A stretch of 56,057 bases of DNA, filler included, from Diploschistes diacapsis (GCA_023645945.1; 4 parts of 4 records of this genome joined end to end with filler, not necessarily neighbours in it), one strand, 5' to 3'; positions 23,246-37,000 are shown, counted from the whole stretch's first letter. The notes: a model not told the origin generated them from the sequence alone. Made by a program: numbers and translations.

Positions 23246-26200
23246 ATGTTGGAAAACGGCTCTTCAGAGGCACCAGCCGAAATGACGTCCAGTTCATCTT
23301 TCTCCTATGCACAGGCTGCGAAGGGCGTTTCAACGCCACAAAAGGCAACCGAGGAGACCTCTACCTTACCGGTAAGCACGCAGCAAGATGCTGCAGATGC
23401 TCGGTCAGACACTTCTCAGCCTCGAGAATCTACGGGACAAGAACGCCAGAAACATCAAGAACCCGTGACTTTAGCTGAGAAGGCCAATGGTCATACGGTA
23501 GGAAACAATCAACACGCAGAAGATCCGACCAGCACAAAAAGTTATCTTCAGGCCGACGAGGTCGAGCATGCCGGAGAGAACCAAACAAGCGTCTCTTCAT
23601 CGCAGGGAGGCTCTCCAACCTTGCCCATGTCTCAAGTCAATACGAACCAGAGTGTACAGCCACGTCACGAAGACGATGTCTTTGCAGCGCAGAACGACTC
23701 TGAGCCGGCATGGGACAAAGTGTCTCAGGAGACTACGACAGAGCTTTCTAGCAACAGAAACGGAGGCGACGGCGATGACTCCAAGCTTTCCACTTGTGAA
23801 CATGTCCAGGCACCACAATTCAAGGAGGCTCCCATTCCTACCGTCAATATATGGCAGAAGCGAGCCATGGACGCACAGGCCAGGTCAAAGGAAACAAAGT
23901 CTTCAAACGTCCACGCAGCTCGAGGTCAAGCGACCAGCCAAACGGTAGAAGGCTCGAAGGACTACCCGCGGCGTAAAACGGAAAATGGCTCGGGTCTGGG
24001 GAAAGAGGCTTCCGCTAAGACGCAGAGCCCCGAAGGTAAGTTTTTTGATCCTACAACAATCAAGAATGACATCCAATTGCTTTGCAGGTCAAACTCTGCT
24101 AAAAGGCGTTCGTACGCCAGAGAACCCGAAGGCTTCTGGAAACATGGCTCCGCCTCCTCCACGTGGCGATGCCACATCGTGGCCCACACCAAGTCTCGCC
24201 AAAGAAGAGGACAAGAAGAAGGTGACTGACCGCGGAGAGAGGAACGACAAGGAGAAAACTCCGAACAGACCTCATGCGAAAGAAAAATGGGAGAAGGTCG
24301 ATTACGTCCCTACCGCAGTGTTTGCTACACCGTTACCGGGTCCACGTAGAGGTGGTCGTCTTGGCAGCCGTGGAGGCCGAGAAGGTAGTGCCCGAGGAGG
24401 GCATACGCCGAATGGTGGCATATCAGCTGCGGACCGATCCGCTGGGGGCCCAAACTCAGTACTACCAAGTACTAATGCGACACCGCCCAACGAGCGCAAT
24501 AGGGGAGAAACCAATCATGCAAGATCAGGACGAGCTGACGGCAGACCAAGGCGCTCAGCTAGCGCAGGGCCTCAAGGCTCCCGGGAGCAGCAACGAGGAA
24601 TCGATGGATCCCAAGACAAACGCGATGAGATTGGCGGAAGACAATCTTCAAACAAAGTCTTCCGCGAGAATCGGCGTGTGTCGGTTTCCACACAAGTCGA
24701 GCCTGGCCAAAGACCCACGAATCATTATCCAGCGGACAACAGACGCGCGTCGATCGTCTCCAACCAACAGCAGGATCCTTTCGTTTCTAGCGATCCTCCT
24801 AGATCTTCTTTCGATAGACGAGGAGAAGGCCCTATTCGCCCACAGGAGTATGGGCGAGAGACCAACGGGTATAACCCTGCACGAGAACGCCGTGAAGGTA
24901 GGCCTGAGCGAGGTCGCGGAGGCTACCGCTCGAAGGGGCCTCATAACCATGGGAGCTTCAACGCCAACGGCAGCCAGCCGCCAAACGGACACGGCTTCGG
25001 GCCCAACAAGTTCCAATACCCCCCTGATCAACGACATAGTTCGCAACCTTACACGGGAGGATCTTATGGAAACGGTCGTGAACCAAGACACAATCGAGGG
25101 CCTTCTAGATCTCACTCAATTACACACCCTTCGGGTTACAGACGCTTCATGGACGGAGGGCCTCCCAGCAGCCCACATCACCTCCCACCGTTGCAGATAG
25201 GGATGGCCAATATGTACCCTTACCAACCAGAACATCCGGGCGCAATGAGTGCTGTGCCATTCCACCCCTATATGGACTCGATGCAGCTTCAAGGCATGGT
25301 ACAAATGCAAATGTAAGTCTCATTTTGGTGCTGTTGTGACGCAAAACTAATACTCACAGGGAATACTACTTTTCGCTAGACAACCTGTGCAAAGACATGT
25401 TTTTGCGTAGAAACATGGACTCTCAGGGCTTCGTCTTTCTGCACGTTCTTCGCAACTTCAACCGTATCAAACAGCTTACAGAGGACTTTGAGCTTCTCAA
25501 ATGGGTTTGCGCCAGGTCGTCGTCAATGGAACTTAGGACTGGCCCAGACAATATTGAGCGCGTAAGGAAGGCCCAAGACTGGCAACAGTGGGTACTGGTT
25601 ATGGAGGAACGAGATCCTACGGCACAGAACGATGGTCCTGCTGAAGTACAATCACCAGCGTTTACCCAGCAAGGCCCCGTCGCCTGGTGCGGGCCTTTTG
25701 AACTCCCAGCCGGATCGGTCCCCAATGGCCCTCCAACCCCTGGAGAAAAGTTCACGGGAAACGATAACAGAGCTGAACCGCTTTCGCTGGATGGCGCTGG
25801 ACCAGCAGCGCAGGTCAGTGATTCGCAGCCCACCCAAACGCCATTATCAGCCGCTGTTCCCGATTTCAAACCTTCCTATCAGGTTTTTAAGAATGCTTCG
25901 TATGAGCCCATCGAGATTTCCAGGGAGCTTGAAGGCAGCTTCTCTGACGACAAGATAGACAGCCTGAGTATAATCGTTAGACGTCCCAAAAATCCTACCA
26001 TCAAGGCGTACGACTCTTTTCACATGCTAAACCAAGGGGGATCTGATAGCGACAAAGGCACCGAGGCCCTTTCCGTACAGCAAGTGAACGATCCTGTCAT
26101 TCTCCATGGTCACGATGAAGCAAAACCAGCCAATGCAAAAATCGAAGAAAGCCGCTCTCTTCAAGAGTGAGTGCATAGAGGATTCATGCCAGTTCATCTC

Positions 26201-26801
26201 ACTGAACCTATGTTCTAGCAGTAGCTCGGAAACCGATACAAGCTCTTCGCATGAATTTTCTGACCTGGCTGATGATCCGCTTCTTCGAGAGATCGATTCA
26301 CATTCTGCGTTCCCCATTGAATGGCATAAAGAGACCAGCATGCATTCTGAAAACGGCCCCGAAGATATAACCCGAGAATCTTACCTGGGGTTTCGCGCCA
26401 AAGCATTGCAATGGCGTGAAGGCGTCCCTGATGGGCAATGCCATCATGACATGGCTATTCTTTACGAGTTCTGGTCGCACTTCCTCATCTCAAATCTAAA
26501 TTTTAGCATGTACGACGAGTTCCGCATCTTTGCGCTAATGGACTTTACCGAGCGTGACTCCGGCACTGGATTGAAGCATCTGATTACGTTCTACTACGAA
26601 TGGCTTCTTGGTCCTAATATTATTCCTGATCGCTTGGCGAGAGATTTCGTGGACATTGTGAATACCGAAGTGGGAAGATCGGACAAGCCAGCTTTCGATG
26701 CACTTAGAGCGGCGTGGAGAAACGGAGCTTTCAACTTTAAAAATCGGGTCAAGATCGATATGGTCGTCACCGAGGAGCTGAGGGCCGAGCTTGCATGCTA
26801 G
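23246..26801 (+). CDS. La-related RNA-binding protein, LARP1/Sro9-Slf1 type, with La motif and C-terminal DM15-like region (introns 24036-24087, 25313-25359, 26167-26218)
   Basis: FSYAQAAKG and APIPTVNIWQKR motifs; RGG-rich middle. The spliced La motif reads [29 protein letters not shown]...FNRIKQLT. The C-terminus DMAILYEFWSHFLISNLNFSMYDEFRIFALMD resembles DM15 repeats. All three introns are frame-consistent. Confidence 0.88.
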
Positions 26802-28004
26802 CGGACTAGGATCCAGATCATGGCGGCCTTTTTTTAATTACTTGCATGCTGGCCGCTGGTTATGGCTCTTGCTCTTCAATATTGCACGTAGCAAAGTGTA
26901 GCAATGAACGTACGCTGGTTTCTACGGACCCTCCAACTTGTGATTCGGAGGCTCTTTGCGATGAATGATCTGTCAACTCCTACTGGTTCGCCCAAGCTTG
27001 GCAGCTGCTCCCGCTTAGTACTCATTTCTGTGTCTGGTCTAAGCTGGGTGGCTCTGGTGGAGCTCTGAATGTCGCCGATGCCGATAAGTTCCTATCCAGA
27101 CTTTGACCAAATACGCTCAACCTGGGTACGGAACATCAAACCTTGGGCGGCCATCGTCCGACGGGTACTTCCTCATGTTCTTGACAGCTTTCTTACTTCA
27201 AGCTGGACGTTCGATCGAACTTTCACTTGAACTCGCAGCAATTCTTTTAATGACTGGCATACATCATATTGGCTGGCTGGCTGGCTGGCAGGCATAGCGT
27301 GACCGGATGGGCTCCTGAACATTTTGACCGCACTTTACCAAAAGCATTTCGACCCGAGTACCCAGCTCTAGATCAAAGGGCTGGCTTGGCACTTTACACC
27401 ATGGATGTCGAACGGACCAGCAGGTTTAAGGGAAGGACTATTGCAGATGTTTATTCTCTTTCCGAGTTTTTCTTTCCGATGACGCGAAGTTTTGTTTGCG
27501 CATGAACATGGTAGGACACATCAGCCTACAGCCGAAATTTGTTGCATACTATTTGCTCATGCTGTTGGCTTTTGCTGTTGTGGTTCATGCATGCACCGGA
27601 AAGACTCTTTGCACCTGGGGGGATTGGGAGAAAAATGCTAAGACACGGCTCCTCTTGTTGATTGGGTCGTTCGATTGTCCAAGCCCTTGATACGAACAAG
27701 TTTCAAATAAACAATATGCCATCAAGAGCCAATCTCGGATCTCTGTTTGCATGTGTGCATGTGAATGAGCTATTGTGTACGTGTGCTTACTTTAAATACT
27801 ATAAACATGAGATCTGTATAATAATGCCGTGAAGGGTGCTGATAGGACGACCAATGAGCACTTTCGATGGTAGGTAGGCATACTAAACTTCCAATGGCGC
27901 GGACCCGAGAGTTGGCTGTTGACTGCTCCGCCTCTAACGCCATCGAATTGCCCTTCTTGCAGAGAGATCTCTCTCCTCAACTCCCGGAGACTGCCACTGC
28001 CGCC

Positions 28005-28033
28005 ATGGCACCCACGTTCACGCCCGCCTTCCC
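28005..28033 (+). CDS. Possible first codons of a gene cut by the contig end (MAPTFTPAF...)
   Basis: Strong context GCCGCCATGG after a CT-rich tract, but only 9 codons are visible. Confidence 0.3.
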
Positions 28034-28133
28034 NNNNNNNNNNNNNNNNNNNNNNNNNNNNNNNNNNNNNNNNNNNNTTAATTAATTAANNNNNNNNNNN
28101 NNNNNNNNNNNNNNNNNNNNNNNNNNNNNNNNN
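28034..28133. other. Artificial contig-joining spacer
   Basis: N-run/TTAATTAATTAA/N-run, 100 nt. Confidence 0.98.
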
Positions 28134-28534
28134 CCTTTCCGGGTCTTACTAGCTGTTTCACTTCCGCCTCCTCCTCCTCCTCCTCTTCCGTATTCTTTCC
28201 CGCTTTCTGTTTCGCTTTACGCGTTCCGCCCTTCTCTATTGTTGGGATTTTCCCTATTTTATCCTTCTCGTACTCGCGCGGGCCATTACGCCCTTCGAGT
28301 CCTTTACACATCCTATATATATATGCAATTTGACAAGTCCCCAATTCCACCTCGCCCTCAAGTCCTCCGGCATCCACTGTGCAGCAACCATTAGTGAACG
28401 CTTCGTTCGCCGTGTCTCACATCTGTGCTCTACCACACAAAAGCCCGTGTAATGTGAGTGGTGGATTCCGTTCACAACGGCTCGCTCGAAGGCATATCCA
28501 AAACGATCAGCAAAATCGGGGAGGGACATCCCGC

Positions 28535-31500
28535 TCAATTCCAGCCCTGGTCCTCTGCATCCGTCCTCCCCCGTTCCGTCTCGCTGCTGCTTCTCTCCCC
28601 ACTCCCACTCGCTCCAGCACTCGCACTCTCTTTCCCTCTCCCTGCGGGCTTCTTAACAATCACTCCCGACGACGATTGCCTCGGCCGCCCAACGCCGACA
28701 TCTCCATCATCGCCTCCTTTTCCCCTTCTTCTACCTCCTCCTTCTCCCACTTCCCCACCACTGCTTCCTCCGCTCCCAACCCCAACCACCCTCCACGTCC
28801 CACCCGGATGCCTCCTCAGCACCACCTCCTCCCCACCGCCCAGGTCCATACCCTGCGGCGAATGGATCTGGAGATAACTAACGGTGTTCCTTCCCCCGTT
28901 GCCGCTACCCGCACCGAGTTGATCGCTGTACCTACTTTCTCTTACGGTTAATGGACTGGCTGCCTCCGACCTCACGGGCGGCGTGCCATTCGCGTACAGC
29001 TGCCGAAGTTCGGCGTCGGAGAAGAGGTGCGAGGAGCGCGTCGAAGAGGGGAACTCGGTGTGGAGGGGTAGGGGATAGGATTTGCTCAGGCTTGGTTGGT
29101 GGCGGAGCGCAGGAGGGGGCTGCTGTACGGTGTCCGCCTTAGTACTGTTGTCGTCGTTGGTGGCCGAATCATGGGAGAGGAGAGGGACGGAAGCGACGTC
29201 TTCGTCGTCCTTGGGTGGCCGTGCAGGCGGGTTGATGGCACGGGATATGTGTGCTGTTGGTGTGGGTTGCTCGAAGGGGTGGAGCAAAGACGTCATGGCT
29301 GTGGCGTCTTGAGTGTTGGTGTGGGGGGAAAGTTCGGGGGAGTAGACATGAGATCGGCGGTTGCGGTTTGCGATCGAGGAGGTAAGCGAGGAGACAACGC
29401 TTGAGGAGGGCTGATGGTTGACGGCGTGTTCTGATGCGTTGAAGAATTGGATATTGGCGCCAGAAGGATGCTCGCTGTCCGAGGTGGTTATTGTGGGCAG
29501 ACCCTGAGGCGCTGCGGCGTCGACTTCGGTTCGCGAGTTATTCGTCAACAGTGAGGGCGCAGGAGGAAGTCCTGCGATTGACCGCCGTTGACGTTCGGTA
29601 TCCGGGTTAGCAAAGGTAACAGACCTTCCAACCCCTGCCATAGGATCGTCGTGGCCTGCCGGACCTTGGCGTGTGCCGCTTTCGTGTTTCGGCTCCAATA
29701 TTCCAAATGACTGCATCTTATGCCTTGCCCACGCACCTCCTGGAAGTAATGAAGGCTGAAGTTTGATCTTCTCTTCAACAGCCTCTCCGTGGCTCCTTTG
29801 ATCGTAGCCAAATTCACCAACGTGAACAATATCTGTGCTGTCCACCACCGATTTCCCCGAGATACTAGAGTTCTCTGAAGCGTGGCCGTAATACCCATCT
29901 TTCTCTCTTTGCTTCCTGAGCGCCCTCCTCTTCACAGGCTTCGTAGGTTTCTCCCGTTTACGCGGTTTGATGTCAGGCTGCTTCCAAAATTCGCAGAACC
30001 AATACCATTCGTGAGCGAGCGTGTCTACAGCATCCTTAAGCAGCCAGAAAAAGCCATCTCTAGCATCAAGAAGGATTTCCATTATTGCTGAGGACGCCTC
30101 ATCTCGAAGGCCCGGATCCGGAGCCTGAGATCCCTTCCGTGGCATACCTGGTCGTTCACCGAATGGCACAGTATCGGCGCCGTGCGCTCTCCACCTCTTC
30201 CGTATCCTTGAATGTCTCCACCAGTGGCCAACATCCCAGAATCCGTTATTTGCGGCCTTGATAGAAAATATCCTGAACCTCTCCTCAAATTGGGCAATAA
30301 ATGCTGCGATGAAGATCAGGACCGTCCCAGCCCAGGGTTGCCATTGACCAATCGCTGTCAAGTACTCGCCTTGAGGGAAAATGAATAGGAGAGTTTCGGT
30401 AGCGACGAGGTTCAACACAAAGGTAGGCACACATATCACGAGAATCAAAACGGCCCACAGGTAGGCCAGGATCGCGATCGCTTTCGCCACGTCCCTTTGA
30501 AGCCTGGATACACCATATCCAGGAAAATGTATATTCGAGAAAAAGTGATAGAAGGCGTATCTTGCATTCGCTGGAGACTTCCTGCCGAAGAAAACAGCCC
30601 AAGTTCCCTGCGCAATGATGTATGGCAAGGCGAAGAGGATATAGTTGGCGTAGAATATGTCGAATTTGAATACTTTCTGTTCTTTGCCGCTCAAAGCAGT
30701 GTTTTCCCAGAACAGATTTAGTTGGTTTGCGGTCAAGCTGACCAGGTCGCTGGGTTGACGGAACAATGCGCCTCCAAAGTAATCTGGAGTTTGTGTTGAA
30801 CAAGGCTCAACACAGTTGTTCTGATTGATGAACTCCGTAGTGATCCAGAAATTTACCCAGCCAGGCATCTGCCCGGCTGACTGGTTAAGGTAGTTGTCGG
30901 GTGGTACGCATTGGATGGAATCCAGACCAGAGTACGTGGGTATCTCGGCCGGAAATGGCAAAGATTCGGGAAAGAAGAATGAGACGAAAATGGACAAATA
31001 TCCAACAGCTACCAAGAATGCCCAGTAGATGATCACTGTCCTCGTGCTTCCGGGCTCACGCTTCGCGTCTGGGTGGAAGGGGTCCGGTTTCGGTTGGCCA
31101 AGATGGCGCAACGTCGAGGACCAGTTAATTAGAGGCACGGCCAATATGCAAGACGTGCTGAGGATCCCCATGAGAGGGTACCGATCGAGATCGCCAGAAG
31201 CAGGGCCTCGCCATGTTAAGAGGCAGGCATGGATGGCGGCAGATCCAGAGTAAGTCAATGCAGAAGCGAGAGCACCTGCAATGAGCCATTCAAAATCTCG
31301 CATAACAAGAGCGAACATTAAGGTACAGTAGAAAAGGATACGCGGGAGGAGGCCGTAAGCACCCTACTTAGATCAGCGATGGAGGTTCACAAAGAAAACC
31401 TCCAAGACATTTTCAAGTCCAAGGAAGCAAACCTTGGGCGAGGGGAATGACGTTTACTGACCGACACTGTAAACCAACAAGGTACAAGGTATCTGGTATT

Positions 31501-31776
31501 GATTTCATTAATGATATAGGCCTCTTGTATGGAAACATCGGTTGCTTCGATAGGGTCATTGACCGTGACAGTTGCAGACGCCCCGGTTTTGCTTGGGAGA
31601 GAAGTAGTAAGCAAAGAACCCGCTGCGAAGGTCTCTATGGAGAAAGATGTGACAATCTGAGTCAAGCTTGGAGAGGAAGAGACAGCAGTTGGGACATGCG
31701 TGGAAGAGTCTGCAGCGCCCAGTTGAAGGATAGAGGCCAAGGCAAGGAGAATCAGGAGATGCGCTCGGCGTGCCAT
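28535..31776 (-). CDS. Uncharacterised multi-pass membrane protein with signal peptide and long disordered C-tail (intron 31364-31461)
   Basis: ATG 31776 (MARRAHLLILLALASILQLGAA) followed by a Ser/Thr-rich stretch. The GTCAGT...CTGAT...TAG intron joins CWFTVS|GAYGLLPRILFY into the 927-aa ORF, which has about 7 hydrophobic segments. Confidence 0.8.
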
Positions 31777-33082
31777 CCTGCGTCCCAACTTGGTCACAGT
31801 ATAGGTCGGCGAGATATGGTCATGTAGACAGTGTCAAAATGGAAGTGGATGGTAGAGTTGAAAGAAAGTTTAGGAGACCACGCCCAGGTTGTAACGGCGA
31901 ACCCACTTTGTACATGATGTTGATCCGAAGATTCCTCCTTGCAACGTCGTACTCCACGGCTCTGGGACTATGTCCATGGTCGCAGCGCAAAGATTGGCTG
32001 GAGCGCAGAGTCACGAATGAGCAACTGAGCAACGATGCTGAGTGGGTAGAAAAGGCATGAGGCTCAAAGTCGGGTCATCACCGGAGGAATTCACAGACGA
32101 TGATGACCCCCGAAAGGAGGCTGAGTTCGGAGCTAGAGACACGCCTTGAACTTCCGCAAGCGAGACTAGCATGCCATCTAGTCCGGATGGGTGTTGGTTT
32201 GGAGCTGCAGTCACCTCAAACGCACACAGTAGTAAATATATGCTTGGCGATCGATAGGCCTGTACGCTGTTGCTCTTTTTCCGTTGGCAAGAGAGATGAG
32301 GCTCCGGGAGGACGAGGACAAACTTTCAGCTCTTGGGCGCGGTTCATGCATGGTACGGTTGATGTGGCGCTAATCAAAACGGGTACAGGATCAACTAGGT
32401 CATTCAACGATGTTCGAATTATCAGCTGAACTTCCAGCTTTCCTTGGAAGTATTTAGAAATAGCAATTTGAAAGGGTGTGGAATAAACCCTGTTTTGCCA
32501 TGTGGGAGGAGCAGCAGCACGTGCCATAGAATTCCAGCCCTATTACTAAGGACTTTGCAAACCATGAATCTGAATGTTTTGGGGTATTATTATCAGAGCA
32601 GCTTCAGCCATTTTATAACCATTATATTCGCTAATAGCTACGATAAGCTTAGGATTACATACGTACCGGAGTACATGTTCATGTACCACCAACAATGCGG
32701 AAACGAGGCCCAATCGCCGAGCACAGATTAGCACATAGATTCTGTCATTCAATGTATCGCTACGACCCTGTACATGTCGCATCGGCATTGTGGCACTTGA
32801 GCATATGGATCCAGAATCCATAAACCCATGTGCGCTCTGTCGTTTAGTCTTCCATAAGCCATTACGATAGCACACACTTTGTTGCTTGGCCTTCCCAGTG
32901 CAAAACGGTGTCCAGTAGGAACGATAAAAAAAACCGTCGGGATAAAGGAACTATTGATGTTGATAAATCCCATTGAGTTCAAAGTCTCTATCCCGCCACG
33001 GGTATCATAGCCCAAACGCCGTCGCTTCTTTGTGAAACACCATCGTGTAAACTGAGCGATCCTGTCTCTTGTACCAGGATAG

Positions 33083-34084
33083 CTAGTCGCGTTTGCCAGG
33101 AAAAGCATATCCACTGCGAGCCGTGTCGTTGACTCCGAGCTTCTCGAAGCCGTATCTTCGCATCCGCTTGGGAAGCTCGACGCCCCGAAAGTACGCTAGG
33201 CTCACGGCACCACCACCGAAGAAACTCAGTAGGCAGTACAAGACTGTACTAATGTGCACGTGACCTCCCAAACCGGAGGAGAATCTGGAGGTTGAGGGTG
33301 GCAGCGTGCGCGCCGAGTACCAGCGTATCGCCAGCTGTAACGGCAAAGGGTCTCCGATGATCAACTTCGGCGAAGCTAATGTGGGCGGAAGGGAGTATGC
33401 AGTCGCTGCAAGTATCTGCCCTTCTATTTCTGATGCTGTCCCTCTGCCCTTGCCTTTGCCTGTTTGCACTGAAGACGTAGTGTGCATGATGACATTAAGC
33501 TGGGGATTGATATGAAGGTGGGATAGCTGCAGGGTTCCGGTCAGTGCGACCTGAAATATGGTGTAGTCTTGAGCCCTGTGATGTTCGTACGGGGATATTG
33601 GGAGGGAAGGTAAGCGACACGTGAGCGGTGCATCGTTGTGGATGTAGAATTCGAGCAAGTGAAACAGTGGATCTGGTAATGTAGGTATCGTGCAATTGAT
33701 GTCTATTTGTATCAATTAGATAGCACATGCAGATGCTGGATGAATAAGATATCTACCTTCCTCGCTACCAAAAATGAGTTCTAGCGGGCGGTCTGTTTCC
33801 TCGCAGATTGGGAAAGGAATGTACTGCAGCTCTCCACTCTCGTCGGCTATCTATCGGACAGATTAGGCAGGTCTTTTTTCTTGGCAAGTTCTTGTAGTGA
33901 ACAAGCTTACATGCTCTCCTGTGTCTGAGGTCCGGTTCAGACATTCCACCAAAACCCGTTCACCAAGCTGATAGCTTCGCTCGGTGCCGGAAACCTTCAG
34001 CACCTTCTCATCGTGATCGCTAGAAACGTGGGTGGCGCCATGTACAAGGAGTGTAACACAAAGCAAAAACAAATGAAAAGTCAT
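33083..34084 (-). CDS. Fungal hypothetical type-I membrane protein (introns 33851-33910, 33703-33756)
   Basis: Signal peptide MTFHLFLLCVTLLVHG. The spliced lumenal Cys-containing domain reads VECLNRT...LQYIPFPICEETDRPL...INCTI...APLTCRLP. One C-terminal TM segment (VLYCLLSFFGGGAVSLAYF). Introns are frame-consistent. Confidence 0.8.
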
Positions 34085-34751
34085 GATGAATAACGAGCGC
34101 AAAACCTCAACCCCAAAAGATTCACATCTGTGAATCCCCTGGCGACTTCACCATGTGCCATGTGGCAGAAACGGAACAAAAGCTAGACACAATTTTGTGA
34201 AAAAGCATAAAACTTTTATCATGACGGAAGCCTCCGAGGCCCCAATTTACACGTAGTAGTTAGTGGACGGTGGCTGTGAAAGTTTTCGATCTGAATACCT
34301 GAACAGCTAGTAAGGGATTAATCAATCCCATCCCTCACCAGCATCGCGGCGTTGCTAAAATTAGGTAGTTAGTCTCTCTCTCTCTCTCTGTCTGTCTTTG
34401 AATGGGGAGAGCTATCACCTATCACCTATCACCCACCCACAACAGCTAGACCATCCGAGCAGAGCAGTGCAGGCAGTGCGGGCAGTGCCCCAGTGGCAAC
34501 CGCCTTGTAGCAGCAGAGCAGGAGGCCTGGCCCCGGGGTCACTTATCACTACTACTACTGTACTTTGTACTGTAGATACGAACCGACCGACCTAGGATTA
34601 CAGATCCCTTCTGCGCCAGGTCAGGTCGGACATTCTTATACACAAAGCCTTCATTCTCTATCTCCCCTTCGCTCCCTTATTTCTGCACTCAGATACCCTC
34701 TCTTCCCTTCCCCTCTCCACATCTGCATCTACAGCTAGGTTTTCGTTCAAG

Positions 34752-36852
34752 ATGTCCTGGAATTTGACAAAGAGTACAACCACCTGCTCCTCGGTAGCCG
34801 CAAGTTACTAATAAAAGACTCGGCAGAATTCAAAGAGACCCATTTGGGTCCACTGAAGAACTCTCTTTCAGGGCGCTCGACATCTACCTCCACCATTAAA
34901 GGTGGTGAATCATCAGATGGAACCAGCACGCCTCCACCCTCGGTTCCTGCTTCTCAAACAACCACAGCCACAGATACGATTGCTGCATCCCAGGCGCTGG
35001 TCTCGCCTCCACCGGCGCCGGTAAAGCCGGGTATCCTGATTGTCACCTTACATGAAGGAAAGGGCTTCTCTCTTCCACAACAACATGCCCAGGCTTTTGC
35101 CCAGGCAATGGCGCAGGCTGGCTCTATGGCTGGTTCCATGAGTCATGGCAGTTCGTTTCGGCCAGGTACGGCATCGGCGAGGGGACAATTAGCCGGCTCA
35201 TATGCGGGCCGACCGCAGTCAGGGGGAGGGAGTGGTATCAATGCGGCACCGACCAATCATGGCCGGTACTCTTCACGGTACCTTCCTTACGCACTTCTTG
35301 ATTTCGATAAGGTCCAGGTCTTTGTGGACGCCGTATCAGGAACACCGGAAAATCCTTATTGGGCAGGGCCCACAACACAATACAAGTTCGATGTCTCCCG
35401 CGTAACTGAACTTTCTGCTCAACTTTACCTACGAAATCCAAACGCTCGGCCCGGCACTGGGCGAAGTGAAGATATCTTCCTCGGAGCATGTAAAGTAAAG
35501 CCACGGTTTGAGGAGGTGTCGGAATTTTCAAAGGAAAAGAACACTTCCACAGCGCAAGGACAAGTAGGAACAGATTGGTTGAACCTGACCTTCGGTTCCG
35601 GTGCTATCAACATAGGGGTGAATTTTGTCGAAAACCGGGAGAAGGCGTTAAAGATCGAAGATTTCGAGCTTCTAAAAGTGGTGGGTAAGGGGAGCTTTGG
35701 TAAAGTCATGCAAGTCAGGTAAGTGCCTAGAGCGCGCCAGGTTCTGTTTGGTGTTTAATGTGGTTTCTAGGAAGAACGACACCGCCCGTATCTATGCCCT
35801 CAAGACCATTCGGAAGGCACATATCATCTCGAGATCTGAAGTTGCCCATACCTTGGCCGAGCGATCTGTCCTGTCTCAGATCAACAACCCTTTTATCGTT
35901 CCTCTAAAGTTCTCTTTCCAATCACCTGAGAAGCTCTACTTGGTTCTTGCTTTCGTCAACGGAGGAGAGCTGTTTCACCACCTCCAGCGCGAACAGCGGT
36001 TCGACGTAAACCGATCACGGTTCTATACTGCGGAACTTCTGTGTGCCCTAGAGTGCCTGCACGGCTTCAATGTCATCTACCGTGATTTAAAGCCCGAGAA
36101 TATCTTACTCGACTACTCCGGCCATATCGCACTTTGTGATTTCGGCCTCTGCAAATTGGATATGAAGGACGAAGATCGCACAAATAGTAAGCATTGTCTT
36201 CAAGCTTCTGGCATCCCTTCACTTATACAACTTTAGCGTTCTGTGGAACTCCCGAGTATCTCGCTCCAGAGCTTCTCCTTGGGCAGGGATACACAAAGAC
36301 AGTGGATTGGTGGACCCTTGGAGTTCTGCTCTATGAGATGCTGACGGGCTTACCTCCCTATTATGACGAGAACACCAATGAAATGTATCGAAAGATACTC
36401 TCGGAGCCTTTGCATTTCCCTGGCCCGGAAATTGTCCCGCCAGCTGCAAAAGATCTGCTCACTCAGCTTCTAGACCGCAGGCCAGAGCGCCGGCTTGGCG
36501 CCAATGGGGCATCCGAGATCAAAGCACACAGCTTCTTCCACAGCATCGACTGGCGTAAGCTCCTGCAGCGCAAGTATGAGCCTTCGTTCAAGCCCAATGT
36601 GGTAAGTATTGGCCCAAAACTCACCCGGTTGGTGCTGGTATTGACAAAACACAGGCCGATGCCTTGGACACTGCCAATTTCGACCGCGAATTCACGTCGG
36701 AAGCGCCAACCGACTCGTATGTTGATGGCCCTATGCTCTCGCAGACAATGCAGCAGCAATTTGCTGGTTGGTCCTACAACCGGCCTGTTGCCGGTTTGGG
36801 AGATGCAGGTGGCAGTGTCAAGGATCCGTCTTTTGGAAGTGTGAAGGGCTAG
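34752..36852 (+). CDS. YPK1: AGC-family Ser/Thr kinase Ypk1/Gad8 (introns 34774-34826, 35719-35770, 36187-36236, 36602-36654)
   Basis: MSWNLTKKFKETHLGPL start; C2-like region (PGILIVTLHEG, YKFDVSR); GKGSFGKV, YRDLKPEN, DFGLCK, TFCGTPEY; hydrophobic motif FAGWSY. Confidence 0.96.
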
Positions 36853-36977
36853 CGACTGCGTGGTCGATCGTCTGGCAAAAATCATATCCGCTTGCTTGTT
36901 TCGACTTGCCAGCTTCACCTGGCGTTTCAAGCTGATCATGGTCGGCGTACGGACACTCCAGGGGCACGAGAGTTCTT

Positions 36978-37000
36978 ATCATCATCATCATCATCATCAC
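36978..37000 (+). repeat. (ATC)n microsatellite downstream of YPK1
   Basis: tatcatcatcatcatcatcatcac read directly. Confidence 0.85.
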
